Of a stretch of DNA of 32,000 nucleotides, positions 17,924 through 27,475 are shown piece after piece (within the stretch, counting starts at the first letter, position 1; every line of letters begins with the position of its first letter). The notes under the pieces are model-generated. The model saw only the letters and a list, made by a program, of their open reading frames with translations. It did no database searches and had not been told where the DNA came from. The position numbers and the translations under genes were made by a program. Source of the DNA: an uncultured Candidatus Saccharimonas sp. (lineage in GTDB: Bacteria; Patescibacteriota; Saccharimonadia; Saccharimonadales; Saccharimonadaceae); the NCBI GenBank assembly GCA_963528875.1, contig CAURWT010000003.1, positions 60,001-92,000 of the forward strand, in the 5' to 3' direction.

Positions 17924-20674
17924 ATGGATAGAAGAAGAATGCTCAATAAAGATGGGAAATCTGTTGAAAAACGAACTGCTTCAAAAAAAGCGAGTTCACT
18001 AAAAAAACAGAATAACCTAAGTTTATATACAAATTTGGCTCATCGAAGGAAAGAAAAGAAAGATTCAAAAGCTCGTGAGCGAGCAGAGTATCTTGCAAGT
18101 CTACCAAAAGACCCAGTGAAGAGATTTTTTTATCGTCTTCATCCAAAACGAGTTTTAAAGTATTGGTTTAGTAAGCGCGGTTTATTTATGGCTTTAAAAA
18201 TTTCCGCAGTACTTATTGTTGTTACTGTGGTTGGAATCGCAGCAGCTTTTGCCTACGTTTCGAAAGATTTAAATCAAATCAAACCAGAAGAATTAGCTAA
18301 GAGAGTTCAGACTACAGTTTCGAAATACTATGATAGAAATGGCGAGCTTTTGTGGGAGGATAAGGGTTCTGGTGACTATAAGTTAGTTGTTGATAATTCT
18401 GAGATTTCAGACTATGTTAAAAAGGCAACCGTTGCTATTGAAGATCGAGATTTTTACAAGCATAAGGGTGTCGATTTAACTGCGATTATTCGTGCTTTTG
18501 TAAATAATTTTAGAGGTGGAGCAACTCAGGGTGGTTCAACCTTGACGCAACAGCTTATTAAACAGGTTTATTTCTCTAACGAATCTAGCGATCGTGGACT
18601 TAGCGGAATTCCACGAAAAATTAAAGAGATGATTCTTGCGGTTCAAGTTGAACAAATGTATAATAAAGACCAAATTCTTTCATTATATTTGAATGAATCT
18701 CCATATGGTGGCCGTCGAAACGGAGTTGAATCTGGTGCACGAACTTATTTTGGCAAAAGTTCGAAAGATTTAACTTTGGCTGAGGCCGCATTATTAGCTT
18801 CTATCCCTAATAATCCAGCAGTTTATAATCCATATAATATAAGTTATAATAAGAGCTTGATTGAGCGTCAGCATAAAGTTTTGAATGATATGGTTTCTTG
18901 TGGATTTATTACTGAAAAAGAGGCTAAAGAAGCTAAAGAATTCGATATTCTTGCAACAATTAAGCCAGAAAAAGATCAGTATACAAACATTAAGGCACCA
19001 CATTTTGTTCAAGAGGTTAAAAAGAGACTTGAAGAAAAACTTGGTGTTAAGGTTGTTGGTGCTGGTGGCCTAACTGTTAAGACTACGGTTGATTTAAAGG
19101 CTCAATCTATTGCTGAAAATGCCGTTAATGCTGGTGCTAAAACTTTGTATGTTAGTGGCGCTGATAATATTGCTATGACATCTGTTGATGTTGCAACTGG
19201 GCAAGTTATCGCTCAAGTTGGATCGGTTGATTATAATAAAGCTGGCTATGGTCAAACCAATGCTTCAACTTCATCTCTTGACCCGGGCTCAAGTATTAAG
19301 CCTATTGTTGATTATGCAGCTTTGTTTAATAAGAAGGATACCGTTTATACGCCAGGGACAATTTTGAAGGACGAAAATATCGATTCGCAATATTGTAATG
19401 GAACATATGGGGCTTGTCAGCTAAGAAATGCTTCGAAACAATTTTACGGTAGTGTACCAATTAGATTCAGCCTTGGAAACTCTTTAAATATTGCAGCAGT
19501 TAAATCGTTGAGTATTGTTGGTGTTGATGAAGGTTTGAGTGTTGCGCAACAGCTTGGCGATAAATCTTATTGTAAAAATAGTAATGCTGGTCTTTCTGCC
19601 GCAATTGGCGGTGGATGTTCGGTTCATCAGGATGAGCACACAAATGCTTTTGCATCTATTGCACGAGGCGGTGTTTATAAAGAATTAACATATTTTACTG
19701 AAGTTAAAAATTCATCAAATCAAAAGATTTTTGAGTGGAAAGATGAATCAAAACATGTGATTGATTCGCAGGCCGCATATGAATTGACCGATATTCTTGC
19801 TGATCCAAGTGCTCGAACAACTACGTTTGGTGGTCAAAGTCGAAGTTATGGATTTACGGTTCCTGGGGTTTGGACAGCTTCGAAAACCGGAACAACAGAT
19901 AACGGAAAAGGTGCTGCCAAGGACTCTTGGATGATGAGCTATTCTCCTGTGGTTGCAACAGGTGTTTGGAGCGGAAATCATGACGGTCGAGCTTTACGCT
20001 CTCCTGACAACAGCCCTGTGCGTAGAGTGATTAATGAATATATGCGTGATGTTCACCATCAAGTTTATGCTTCTAATGGTAAATGGAAATCTGGTGATAA
20101 AATTGAAAGACCATCTGGAATTCGAAATTGTACAATAAATGGTAAGAATGATATTTGTCCATCTTGGTGGGATAAAAATAAAACCGGTTCAGTATCAAGA
20201 GAAATTGAGTTCGATAGTATTTCGAAGAGGAAAGCAACTAAATGTACACCAGAATCTACTCGAGTTAAACTAACTGTTTTCGAAACAACCGATCCAGTCT
20301 CTAAAAAGAAAACAATAACGGCACCAGAAGGTTATAATGTAAATGAAGAAGACAATATCCATAACTGTTCAGATTCACAACCATCCATCTCGAGTGTTTC
20401 ATACTCAAGGCATGCAAATTCAAATACTTACCGAATAAATATAAATATTGCAAAGGGGAATTTCGATATAACTTCGGTCGTGGTTAAGGTTGATAGTGCA
20501 ACAATTAGTACTGCTCTCCCAACTGGAAACACACTCTCAACAGATTATACGTTTAATAAAGCTGGTCAAAATATTACAGTTGAAGTTACTGACTCTGGTG
20601 GGTATAAAATTTCCAAAAGTTATACAGGGCCTTCCTCGATAAGTACGGAAAATACAACGGGTTCTTCAAGCTAA
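17924..20674 (+). CDS. Class A penicillin-binding protein (GT51 transglycosylase plus transpeptidase) with basic N-tail and ~200-aa C-terminal extension
   Basis: GT51 motifs EDRDFYKHKGVD and GGSTLTQQL. Transpeptidase motifs SSIKP (SxxK), SLN and KTGT. One TM helix (ISAVLIVVTVVGIAAAFAYV). ATG 17924 is preferred over the annotated upstream non-ATG start. Confidence 0.9.
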   Translation: MDRRRMLNKDGKSVEKRTASKKASSLKKQNNLSLYTNLAHRRKEKKDSKARERAEYLASLPKDPVKRFFYRLHPKRVLKYWFSKRGLFMALKISAVLIVVTVVGIAAAFAYVSKDLNQIKPEELAKRVQTTVSKYYDRNGELLWEDKGSGDYKLVVDNSEISDYVKKATVAIEDRDFYKHKGVDLTAIIRAFVNNFRGGATQGGSTLTQQLIKQVYFSNESSDRGLSGIPRKIKEMILAVQVEQMYNKDQILSLYLNESPYGGRRNGVESGARTYFGKSSKDLTLAEAALLASIPNNPAVYNPYNISYNKSLIERQHKVLNDMVSCGFITEKEAKEAKEFDILATIKPEKDQYTNIKAPHFVQEVKKRLEEKLGVKVVGAGGLTVKTTVDLKAQSIAENAVNAGAKTLYVSGADNIAMTSVDVATGQVIAQVGSVDYNKAGYGQTNASTSSLDPGSSIKPIVDYAALFNKKDTVYTPGTILKDENIDSQYCNGTYGACQLRNASKQFYGSVPIRFSLGNSLNIAAVKSLSIVGVDEGLSVAQQLGDKSYCKNSNAGLSAAIGGGCSVHQDEHTNAFASIARGGVYKELTYFTEVKNSSNQKIFEWKDESKHVIDSQAAYELTDILADPSARTTTFGGQSRSYGFTVPGVWTASKTGTTDNGKGAAKDSWMMSYSPVVATGVWSGNHDGRALRSPDNSPVRRVINEYMRDVHHQVYASNGKWKSGDKIERPSGIRNCTINGKNDICPSWWDKNKTGSVSREIEFDSISKRKATKCTPESTRVKLTVFETTDPVSKKKTITAPEGYNVNEEDNIHNCSDSQPSISSVSYSRHANSNTYRININIAKGNFDITSVVVKVDSATISTALPTGNTLSTDYTFNKAGQNITVEVTDSGGYKISKSYTGPSSISTENTTGSSS

Positions 20675-20681
20675 AAATAAA

Positions 20682-20706
20682 ACTACTCCTGATGGGGTAG
20701 TTTTTA
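20682..20706. terminator. Bidirectional terminator between the PBP gene (+) and a small minus-strand gene
   Basis: Hairpin ACTACTCC-tgat-GGGGTAGT (one G.U pair), with an A-run before and a T-run after. Confidence 0.7.
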
Positions 20707-20991
20707 TTATCGCCGATTTTGCATCGCATTTATAATAGATTGGATAAAGTCACCAATTCCGCCCGGAATGTTAACAAAAAAGTTAAGAATCCAAATTAAT
20801 AAGAAGATTAGAACTGTTGCACCAATAGCGCTACCGAATCCAAAAGCTATTCCGCGAAAGAAATTAACTTTATAAATCGTCCAGCGACTTGGATATATAT
20901 CGTTAAAAACTTCTTCAAGCAAACCAATTTGAGCTCCGCGTGCATTGTCGTCGGCCAGTTTTTTTGCAGATTTTTTTAGAATTTTATTCAT
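20707..20991 (-). CDS. Small membrane protein (94 aa), possibly DUF5665-like
   Basis: Two hydrophobic helices (FFRGIAFGFGSAIGATVLIFLLIWILNFF). The family name is from memory and is not verified. Confidence 0.5.
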   Translation of the reverse strand: MNKILKKSAKKLADDNARGAQIGLLEEVFNDIYPSRWTIYKVNFFRGIAFGFGSAIGATVLIFLLIWILNFFVNIPGGIGDFIQSIINAMQNRR

Positions 20992-21032
20992 CGGAATTAT
21001 TTTAACATAAATATTCTAAAAACGCAAGCGCT

Positions 21033-21061
21033 TTGATTTTATTGAGAGATAGTGATAAAAT
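21033..21061 (+). promoter_or_regulatory. Promoter for the mutase-pepN unit: TTGATT, 17 nt spacer, TGaTAAAAT
   Basis: TTGATT at 21033-21038, TG at 21053-21054, TAAAAT at 21056-21061. An AAGGAG SD precedes ATG 21085. Confidence 0.6.
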
Positions 21062-21084
21062 AGATATAGAAGGAGTTGGATTAA

Positions 21085-22845
21085 ATGAGCGAAGAATTAA
21101 TAAAAGCCAAATCTAATTTATCGAAGTTAGCTTTCGAAAATTTACAAAAGTGGCTTTTAGATGAAAAATATCATGAATTTAAAGCGCAAATTTTGAATTT
21201 AATCAAAAACGAAAATTGGGATGAGCTTGAGGACTCATTTTTTAAAATTTTGGAATTTGGTACGGCTGGCCGACGTGGGAAAGTTGGTGTTGGCTCTAAC
21301 CGCATTAATTTAGTTACAATTTCAGAAAGTGCACAGGCTCTCGCAAATTATTTAAAATCGCTTAATATTAATTCACCAAGTGTTGCAATTGCTTGGGATG
21401 TTCGAAATTCCTCTTGTGAGCTTTCGAAAAAATGTGCTGAAATTTTAGCCACAAATAATATTGAAGTTTTTTATTTCGATACTCCACGCTCGACTCCAGA
21501 ATTATCTTTCACAGTTCGAAATCTTAAAACTTCAGCGGGAATTGTGATTTCAGCTAGCCATAATCCTCCAAAAGATAATGGAATTAAGATCTACTGGAAT
21601 GATGGCGCACAAATTTCAGCTCCACACGATAAAAAATTAATGAAAATTGCTAAAAATATTGAAGAATTTAAAACTGGTAATTTTGATGAATTTGTAAAAA
21701 ACGGTAAAATTAAAATTTTGGGTGAAGAAAACGACTATTTTTATATCAAGGCTAATGCAAAATTATCTTTATCGAAAAATAGAAATGTAAAAATTGTTTT
21801 TTCACCAATTCACGGAACTGGAACAACGAATTTATTAAAAACTCTTCAGTTTGCGGGTTTTGAAAATATCATTCTTGTTGATAAGCAGATGAATTTTGAT
21901 GGTAATTTTTCAACGCTTCAAGATAGAAAACCAAATCCGGAAAATCTTTCTGCAAATAGAATGGCGATTTTAAAATTAAGAAAAGAACAAGCAGATATTG
22001 CTCTAACGACCGACCCAGATGCTGACCGAATTTGCGTAATGAGTCTTGAAAAAAATGGAGAGGTTCGAAGTTTTTCGGGCAATCAAACTGCAATTTTGGT
22101 AGCTGATTATATTCTTTCAAAGAAACAAAAGGATCGAAATAAATATACTGAACTTTATTTTGGGAATCGTGACTTTATTTGCAAAAGTTTTGTGACTACT
22201 GATATGCTAAATGTTTTAGCTAAAAAATATGGCGTCAAAATTTATGACGATTTGCTGGTCGGGTTTAAATTTATTGGTAAAAAAATATTACAAAAAGAAG
22301 CACTTGGAGAAAAATTCATTGCTGGATTTGAAGAGAGCCTTGGCGGGCTCATTGGCTCACAGACTAGAGATAAAGATGCCGCAACAATTGGATTGATGAT
22401 AGCCGAGCTTGCATCGGAGTTAAAGCTTAAAAATCAAACTTTGGGTGAGAAGCTTGATGAAATTTATGCTGAAAATGGATATTTTGTTGAAAAGACCGAA
22501 TCTCTTGAATTTAGCAGCGCTGAAGGATTTGCAAAAATGCAAGAAATTATGCAAAAAATACGAATTGGAAATAAAAATTTTAGTGCATTAAAAATACGAG
22601 ATTTCGAAAATTTAAGTGAGTTAGATTTTTCAACAAATAAAAAAAATAGTTTTAAAATGTTGGAAAATGGAAATGCGGTAAGTTTTATTTTCGATTCAGA
22701 AGATAGAAGAATTACGATTCGACCAAGCGGAACTGAGCCAAAAATGAAAATTTATGCTCAATGGCGTTTCGAAAATAAACAAGATTGTGTGAAGATTGAG
22801 AATATTTTAAGTGATTTTAAGGAGAAGATTTTAAATGAGTGTTAA
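21085..22845 (+). CDS. Phospho-sugar mutase (alpha-D-phosphohexomutase family, PgcA/PGM2-like)
   Basis: FGTAGRRG, the active-site loop SASHNPPKDNGIKIY, the metal loop TDPDADR, and GEESLG-like FEESLGG. Confidence 0.85.
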   Translation: MSEELIKAKSNLSKLAFENLQKWLLDEKYHEFKAQILNLIKNENWDELEDSFFKILEFGTAGRRGKVGVGSNRINLVTISESAQALANYLKSLNINSPSVAIAWDVRNSSCELSKKCAEILATNNIEVFYFDTPRSTPELSFTVRNLKTSAGIVISASHNPPKDNGIKIYWNDGAQISAPHDKKLMKIAKNIEEFKTGNFDEFVKNGKIKILGEENDYFYIKANAKLSLSKNRNVKIVFSPIHGTGTTNLLKTLQFAGFENIILVDKQMNFDGNFSTLQDRKPNPENLSANRMAILKLRKEQADIALTTDPDADRICVMSLEKNGEVRSFSGNQTAILVADYILSKKQKDRNKYTELYFGNRDFICKSFVTTDMLNVLAKKYGVKIYDDLLVGFKFIGKKILQKEALGEKFIAGFEESLGGLIGSQTRDKDAATIGLMIAELASELKLKNQTLGEKLDEIYAENGYFVEKTESLEFSSAEGFAKMQEIMQKIRIGNKNFSALKIRDFENLSELDFSTNKKNSFKMLENGNAVSFIFDSEDRRITIRPSGTEPKMKIYAQWRFENKQDCVKIENILSDFKEKILNEC

Positions 22846-25366
22846 TCGATTAGCGGAAAAATTTAAGCCCGAACATTATGAATTAAAGCTTGATTTAATG
22901 CAAGCAAAAAATCGTGAATTTAATGGAATCGTTGATATTTTTGGTGAGATTAATGATGAAAAAGAAATTTCGCTTCATTCGAAAGATTTAGAGATCAAAA
23001 ATATTACTTCTGTTAACGATATAAAATTGAACTTTTCGAAAGCTGAAAATGATGAAATTTTAGTGAATATTGAAAAACTTAACTTTAAAAAAGGTGATAA
23101 AATCCAACTTAAAATTGAGTTTTCTGGTAAAATAACAGATGCAATGCATGGATTATATCCTTGCTACTATAAAGAAAATGGTGAGAAAAAAGAGCTTTTT
23201 GCAACTCAATTTGAAAGTCATCATGCTCGTGAGGTTTTTCCGTGCATTGATGAGCCTGAAGCGAAGGCAACTTTTTCGTTAGAGATTAAAGCTTTGAGTG
23301 ATCTTGAAGTTTTGTCGAATACTGAAATTATTGAAAAAAATGTAAATAGTAATATTCAACAGGTTAGATTTGCTAAAACGCCAAAAATGTCAACATATTT
23401 ATTAGCCTTTGTATTGGGTGATTTTCAACGAGTTTCGAAAAAGACTAAAAGTGGTGTGGAAGTTTCGGTTTTGGCAACAAAAGCTCAAAAGTCTGAATTA
23501 ATGGAATTTCCACTTAGTTTTGCAGTGCGGGTTTTAGAATTTTATGAAGATTTTTTTGGTCAAAAGTTCCCGCTTTCAAAGTGCGACCATATTGCTTTGC
23601 CAGATTTTTCTAGTGGCGCAATGGAAAATTGGGGCTTAATTACTTATCGTGAAACTGCATTGCTCGCTGGTAAAAATTCCTCAATATCTTCAAAAAAATA
23701 TGTTGCGTTAGTGATTGCGCACGAAACTTCACACCAATGGTTTGGAAATCTTGTAACAATGAAATGGTGGGATGAGCTTTGGCTAAATGAATCTTTCGCA
23801 ACGATGATGGAATATTTAGCAACTGACGCTTTAGAGCCGAAATGGAGAATTTGGGAAGAATTTGCAGTTAACGAAGCGGTTTTAAGTTTGCGCCGTGATG
23901 CAATTGATGGTGTTCAGGCGGTTCATGTTCCAGTTCATCATCCAGATGAAATTAGTACTATTTTTGATGGTGCAATTGTTTATGCAAAGGGTGCTCGCTT
24001 AATGAATATGCTTCGAAAATATGTTGGGAACGATGCATTTCGAAAAGGTTTACAATTATATTTTGATAAGTTTAAATATCAAAATACAATTGGCGATAAT
24101 TTATGGGATTGTTTGAGCGAAGCTTCTGGCAAAAATGTCGCAGATTTTATGAATCCTTGGCTTTTTAAAAGTGGCTATCCGAGTGTTTTGGCTGAAGAAG
24201 ATGGTGAAGAATTAAAATTATCGCAAAAGCAATTTTTTATTGGTGAAGGTAAAGATAGTGGGCGAATTTGGCCAATTCTACTTGGCTCAAATCAAAATAA
24301 TTTGCCTGAGATTATGGATTCGAAAGATTTAACTTGCAAGAAAAGTCCAGATTTTGTTCAGCTGAATCGAGGGAATGTTGCTCATTTTATTACAAATTAT
24401 AGCCAAAATCTTTTCGAAAATTTGCTCGAAAAGGTTAGAAATGGTGATTTAGACACAATTTCCCGCCTTCAAATTCTTCAGGAACGTTCTTTGCTTTCAC
24501 GCGGTGGTGAAATTCCAAGTGTTGAGCTGCTGCGAACTTTACAGAGTTATGATAAAGAAACTTCTTTAACGGTTTGGGATATGATTAGTCTTTTAATTGG
24601 CGAATTGAAAATTTTTATTAATGAAGATTCTGAAAGTTCGAAAAAAATGAAAAAATTTGTTGGCAATTTAGCTCAAAATGAATTTGAAAAACTTGGATTC
24701 GTTAAAAAAACTGGCGAAGACGAAGAAGACACGCAAAAACGTAGCTCAATTTTAGCGCACATGATTTATGCTGAAAATAAAAAAGCTATCTCAGACGCTT
24801 TAGATATTTTCGAAAATTCGCAGAATATGGAAGATATTGATTCGGAAATTCGAAGTTTAATTTTAACTGCAAAGATTCGCTTTGAAGAATCTCCAGAATT
24901 AGTGCAAAAAATGCTCGAAAGTTATAAGAACACTTCAAATGTTGATTATCGAGATGATATTATGGTGGCTTTAACTTCAACTAAAAATATTCAAACTGGT
25001 GAAATGCTTCTTGAAAAAATGCTTGAAAATGACATAATTAGAACGCAGGATATTTTAAGCTGGTATGTTCATTTACTTCGAAATTTGAAAACTCGAGAGC
25101 TAGCATGGAAGTGGCTACGTGAAAATTGGAAATTAATTGAGGAAAAATTTGATGGCGATAAAAGTTATAATGACTTTCCGCGATATTCAGGCGCGATCTT
25201 GCGAACCGAGAAACAGCTCCAAGAATTTAAAGAGTTTTTTGATCCTCTAAAAAGCGACCCAAGCTTAACTAGAGCGATCGAGATGGGTGAGAGAGAAATC
25301 GCCGGGCGAGTTGATTTGATTAAGAGAGACAAAGCAGCTATTGATAAATTTTTACAAAATCTTTAA
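22835..25366 (+). CDS. pepN: Aminopeptidase N, M1 zinc metallopeptidase family
   Basis: GAMEN exopeptidase motif and the HETSHQWFGNLVTMKWWDELWLNESFA zinc site (HExxH-x18-E). C-terminal ERAP1-like helical domain. Overlaps the mutase gene by 11 nt. Confidence 0.92.
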   Translation: MSVNRLAEKFKPEHYELKLDLMQAKNREFNGIVDIFGEINDEKEISLHSKDLEIKNITSVNDIKLNFSKAENDEILVNIEKLNFKKGDKIQLKIEFSGKITDAMHGLYPCYYKENGEKKELFATQFESHHAREVFPCIDEPEAKATFSLEIKALSDLEVLSNTEIIEKNVNSNIQQVRFAKTPKMSTYLLAFVLGDFQRVSKKTKSGVEVSVLATKAQKSELMEFPLSFAVRVLEFYEDFFGQKFPLSKCDHIALPDFSSGAMENWGLITYRETALLAGKNSSISSKKYVALVIAHETSHQWFGNLVTMKWWDELWLNESFATMMEYLATDALEPKWRIWEEFAVNEAVLSLRRDAIDGVQAVHVPVHHPDEISTIFDGAIVYAKGARLMNMLRKYVGNDAFRKGLQLYFDKFKYQNTIGDNLWDCLSEASGKNVADFMNPWLFKSGYPSVLAEEDGEELKLSQKQFFIGEGKDSGRIWPILLGSNQNNLPEIMDSKDLTCKKSPDFVQLNRGNVAHFITNYSQNLFENLLEKVRNGDLDTISRLQILQERSLLSRGGEIPSVELLRTLQSYDKETSLTVWDMISLLIGELKIFINEDSESSKKMKKFVGNLAQNEFEKLGFVKKTGEDEEDTQKRSSILAHMIYAENKKAISDALDIFENSQNMEDIDSEIRSLILTAKIRFEESPELVQKMLESYKNTSNVDYRDDIMVALTSTKNIQTGEMLLEKMLENDIIRTQDILSWYVHLLRNLKTRELAWKWLRENWKLIEEKFDGDKSYNDFPRYSGAILRTEKQLQEFKEFFDPLKSDPSLTRAIEMGEREIAGRVDLIKRDKAAIDKFLQNL

Positions 25367-25370
25367 ATTT

Positions 25371-25399
25371 AAAACCGACCATATTCAACGGTCGGTTTT
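25371..25399. terminator. Bidirectional terminator between pepN (+) and the COG0523 gene (-)
   Basis: Perfect 10-bp hairpin AAAACCGACC-9 nt-GGTCGGTTTT. Confidence 0.85.
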
Positions 25400-25402
25400 A
25401 CT

Positions 25403-26500
25403 TTATTTTGATAAAAAGAATCTTTCGAAATTTACCATATTTTGTGGTGTGATTTCATCTGGGTTTTTATCTTCTAGATCGCTTAACTTTGCAAGAATTT
25501 TAGCTTTATCAATTTTAGAGCCGATTAGAACGAGTTCAGTTTTTGGCGTTTCATCTTTCCAATCTTCGCTGTAAATATCAATAGTTTTGCCAACTAGCTG
25601 AACTATATATTTCTGCTCGTACCCTTTCATTCCAAAGTAGCAAATTCCTTTCATTCGAAAAAGATTTTTAGGTAAATTATCAAGAAAACTTAGGAATTTT
25701 TGAGGATTTAGTGGTTTTACCGTTTCGAAAGCCAAAGATTGAAATTGGTTGTGGATGTGGTCTTTGTGATCATGCTCGTGTTCTTCATTTTTCTCTTTAT
25801 TCTTTTGATCTGATTTTTGCCAAGAAAAAATTAAATCAGGATTAATTTTTGAGTTTTGACTTTCAATAATTGGTGAATTTGGGTTTAATTTTCTAATGAA
25901 TTCACGAATTTCTTGAATTTTATTTTTTGAAATTAAATCGGTTTTATTTAAAACAATAATGTCGCTCGCTTTGAGACATTTTTTAAAATGTGTTGGAAAA
26001 TCTTTCTTGGAATTTTCGAAATTTTGAGCGTCGATTAAATAAATATTTCCACCAAAATAAGAATATTGATTGCCAGAATATTGCAGAGTTTTAAGCAAAT
26101 CGTAAGGTTCAGCAATTCCACTGGCTTCAATTATGATTGCATCAAGCAGCGAATCTTTATTTGCTAATTTCGAAAGCGGTTCGCTCAATCCGTTATCGCC
26201 AATCATACAGCAAATACAGCCATTGCTAAGCTCAATTTTTTGCTCATTGATCCCATTAGAAATCAATTTACTATCGATATTTATTATGCCAAAATCATTC
26301 ACGATTGCGCCAATTTTTAGATTTGGGCTTGATTTTAAAATGTGGTTTAAAAGTGTGGTTTTGCCTGAGCCTAAAAAGCCAGAAATCATTATAACTGGAA
26401 TTTTTCGATTTTTTTGTTTTTTTGCTTTAATTTCTGTTTTTGAAAAATCATCAAAAATATCTTTCGAAAAGTTTGAAATGTCAAAATCTTCATTATTCAT
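25403..26500 (-). CDS. COG0523-family (CobW/ZigA/YeiR-like) G3E GTPase, putative metal chaperone
   Basis: P-loop GFLGSGKTT, the CxCC motif (NGCICCM), a His-rich stretch (EEHEHDHKDHIH) and the CobW C-terminal domain. Confidence 0.88.
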   Translation of the reverse strand: MNNEDFDISNFSKDIFDDFSKTEIKAKKQKNRKIPVIMISGFLGSGKTTLLNHILKSSPNLKIGAIVNDFGIINIDSKLISNGINEQKIELSNGCICCMIGDNGLSEPLSKLANKDSLLDAIIIEASGIAEPYDLLKTLQYSGNQYSYFGGNIYLIDAQNFENSKKDFPTHFKKCLKASDIIVLNKTDLISKNKIQEIREFIRKLNPNSPIIESQNSKINPDLIFSWQKSDQKNKEKNEEHEHDHKDHIHNQFQSLAFETVKPLNPQKFLSFLDNLPKNLFRMKGICYFGMKGYEQKYIVQLVGKTIDIYSEDWKDETPKTELVLIGSKIDKAKILAKLSDLEDKNPDEITPQNMVNFERFFLSK

Positions 26501-26530
26501 AAAACCAGTTTAACAGATTTTTAGAAAGCC

Positions 26531-26588
26531 TGCAAGATTTGCATTTTTAGAGAATATATGGTATAATTTGGAAGTTGCATTTTTGCAA
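26531..26588 (+). promoter_or_regulatory. Strong promoter (TTGCAT, 17 nt spacer, TGgTATAAT) bracketed by two TGCAA/TTGCA palindromes (candidate operators)
   Basis: TGCAA-gat-TTGCA at 26531-26543 overlaps the -35 (TTGCAT 26539-26544). TG at 26559-26560, TATAAT at 26562-26567. TTGCA-tttt-TGCAA at 26575-26588 lies at or just after the predicted +1. Confidence 0.55.
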
Positions 26589-26618
26589 AGAAATTTTAGA
26601 AAGATGAGGTGGAATCTT

Positions 26619-27377
26619 ATGAAGATTTCAAAAATTGTGATAATGAAAAACCTAAATAATGGTAAGAGCGAAGAAGTTAAGTTAGGCACGAAAGAAATTC
26701 GTGAATTTAACTTTCCAAAAAAAGCCTATATTATCAATAAGGTATTTATTGATAATATGTGGCTAAAAATTGCAGTTCTTGTGTGGTTTTTGGTCTTGAG
26801 CGCTTTATTGATAGTTGCAAAAATTAGTCAGAGTTATGGATTTTTATCAATATTAATATTGATAAGCTTAATAACCATAACGATTGTTGCTAATTTTCAA
26901 ATCGCTAGATTATACTTCTTCAGTGAGGAGGAAAATTGCAACATCGAGAAAAGGTTGTTAATCAGATGGGCGTGGGCTTCTACTGAAGGAATTGAATTGC
27001 CTGAGAACACGGAAGCAGAGGAGAGATGCTATGACTTTTTGAAGAAAGTTTTCGAAGAGATAAATAAATTCGCAATCAGATTTTATTTTTCTCATTTAGC
27101 TTTTGCTTTAACTTTATTGCTTATGGCAACAATGCTTTTAATAGCTGAAAGTCAGCCAGATGAAAGAGCGTCTATTTTTGTCGTAGTGGCATGGATTTTT
27201 ACGGAGTTTTACTTCTGGAAGATCCGTTGTTTAATCAGAGCAAAAGAGAAAATGCACTATAATGTTGCTACAAGAGTTAATGATGGTAATGGTAATACTT
27301 CTTTCTTCTTTTCACTAAATGGCAATTACGCCATTGAAGAAGAGATTAGCTTGATCTTCAAAGATTGCACTTTTTAG
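26619..27377 (+). CDS. Hypothetical integral membrane protein (252 aa, about 4 TM helices)
   Basis: GAGGTGG SD 5 nt upstream of ATG 26619. TM pairs at about residues 47-100 and 160-205, separated by a ~55-aa acidic soluble loop. No recognisable family. Low GC. Confidence 0.65.
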   Translation: MKISKIVIMKNLNNGKSEEVKLGTKEIREFNFPKKAYIINKVFIDNMWLKIAVLVWFLVLSALLIVAKISQSYGFLSILILISLITITIVANFQIARLYFFSEEENCNIEKRLLIRWAWASTEGIELPENTEAEERCYDFLKKVFEEINKFAIRFYFSHLAFALTLLLMATMLLIAESQPDERASIFVVVAWIFTEFYFWKIRCLIRAKEKMHYNVATRVNDGNGNTSFFFSLNGNYAIEEEISLIFKDCTF

Positions 27378-27391
27378 TTAATAAAAAACTT

Positions 27392-27425
27392 AGCCTTGCT
27401 AAATATGCAGGGTTTTCTTTTTTTT
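27392..27425 (+). terminator. Probable terminator between the two unknown genes
   Basis: Hairpin (AG)CCTTGC-taaatat-GCAGGG(TT) with G.U pairs, followed by a T-rich run TTTTCTTTTTTTT. Confidence 0.45.
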
Positions 27426-27433
27426 CGAAAATC

Positions 27434-27442
27434 TGGTATAAT
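27434..27442 (+). promoter_or_regulatory. Extended -10 promoter element TGgTATAAT for the second unknown gene
   Basis: TG at 27434-27435, TATAAT at 27437-27442. The -35 is weak. A GGAGG SD at 27463-27467 lies 8 nt before ATG 27476. Confidence 0.55.
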
Positions 27443-27475
27443 ATTTATATTCTACACATTTTGGAGGTAATAAAA

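Noticed and set aside
26568-27475. Annotated starts at 26568 (TTG) and 27365 for the two unknown genes, which would make them overlap
   Set aside because: 26568 lies immediately after the -10 box, so it would fall upstream of the predicted transcription start. 27365-27475 spans a terminator-like hairpin and a promoter. The internal ATGs at 26619 and 27476 have strong SDs.
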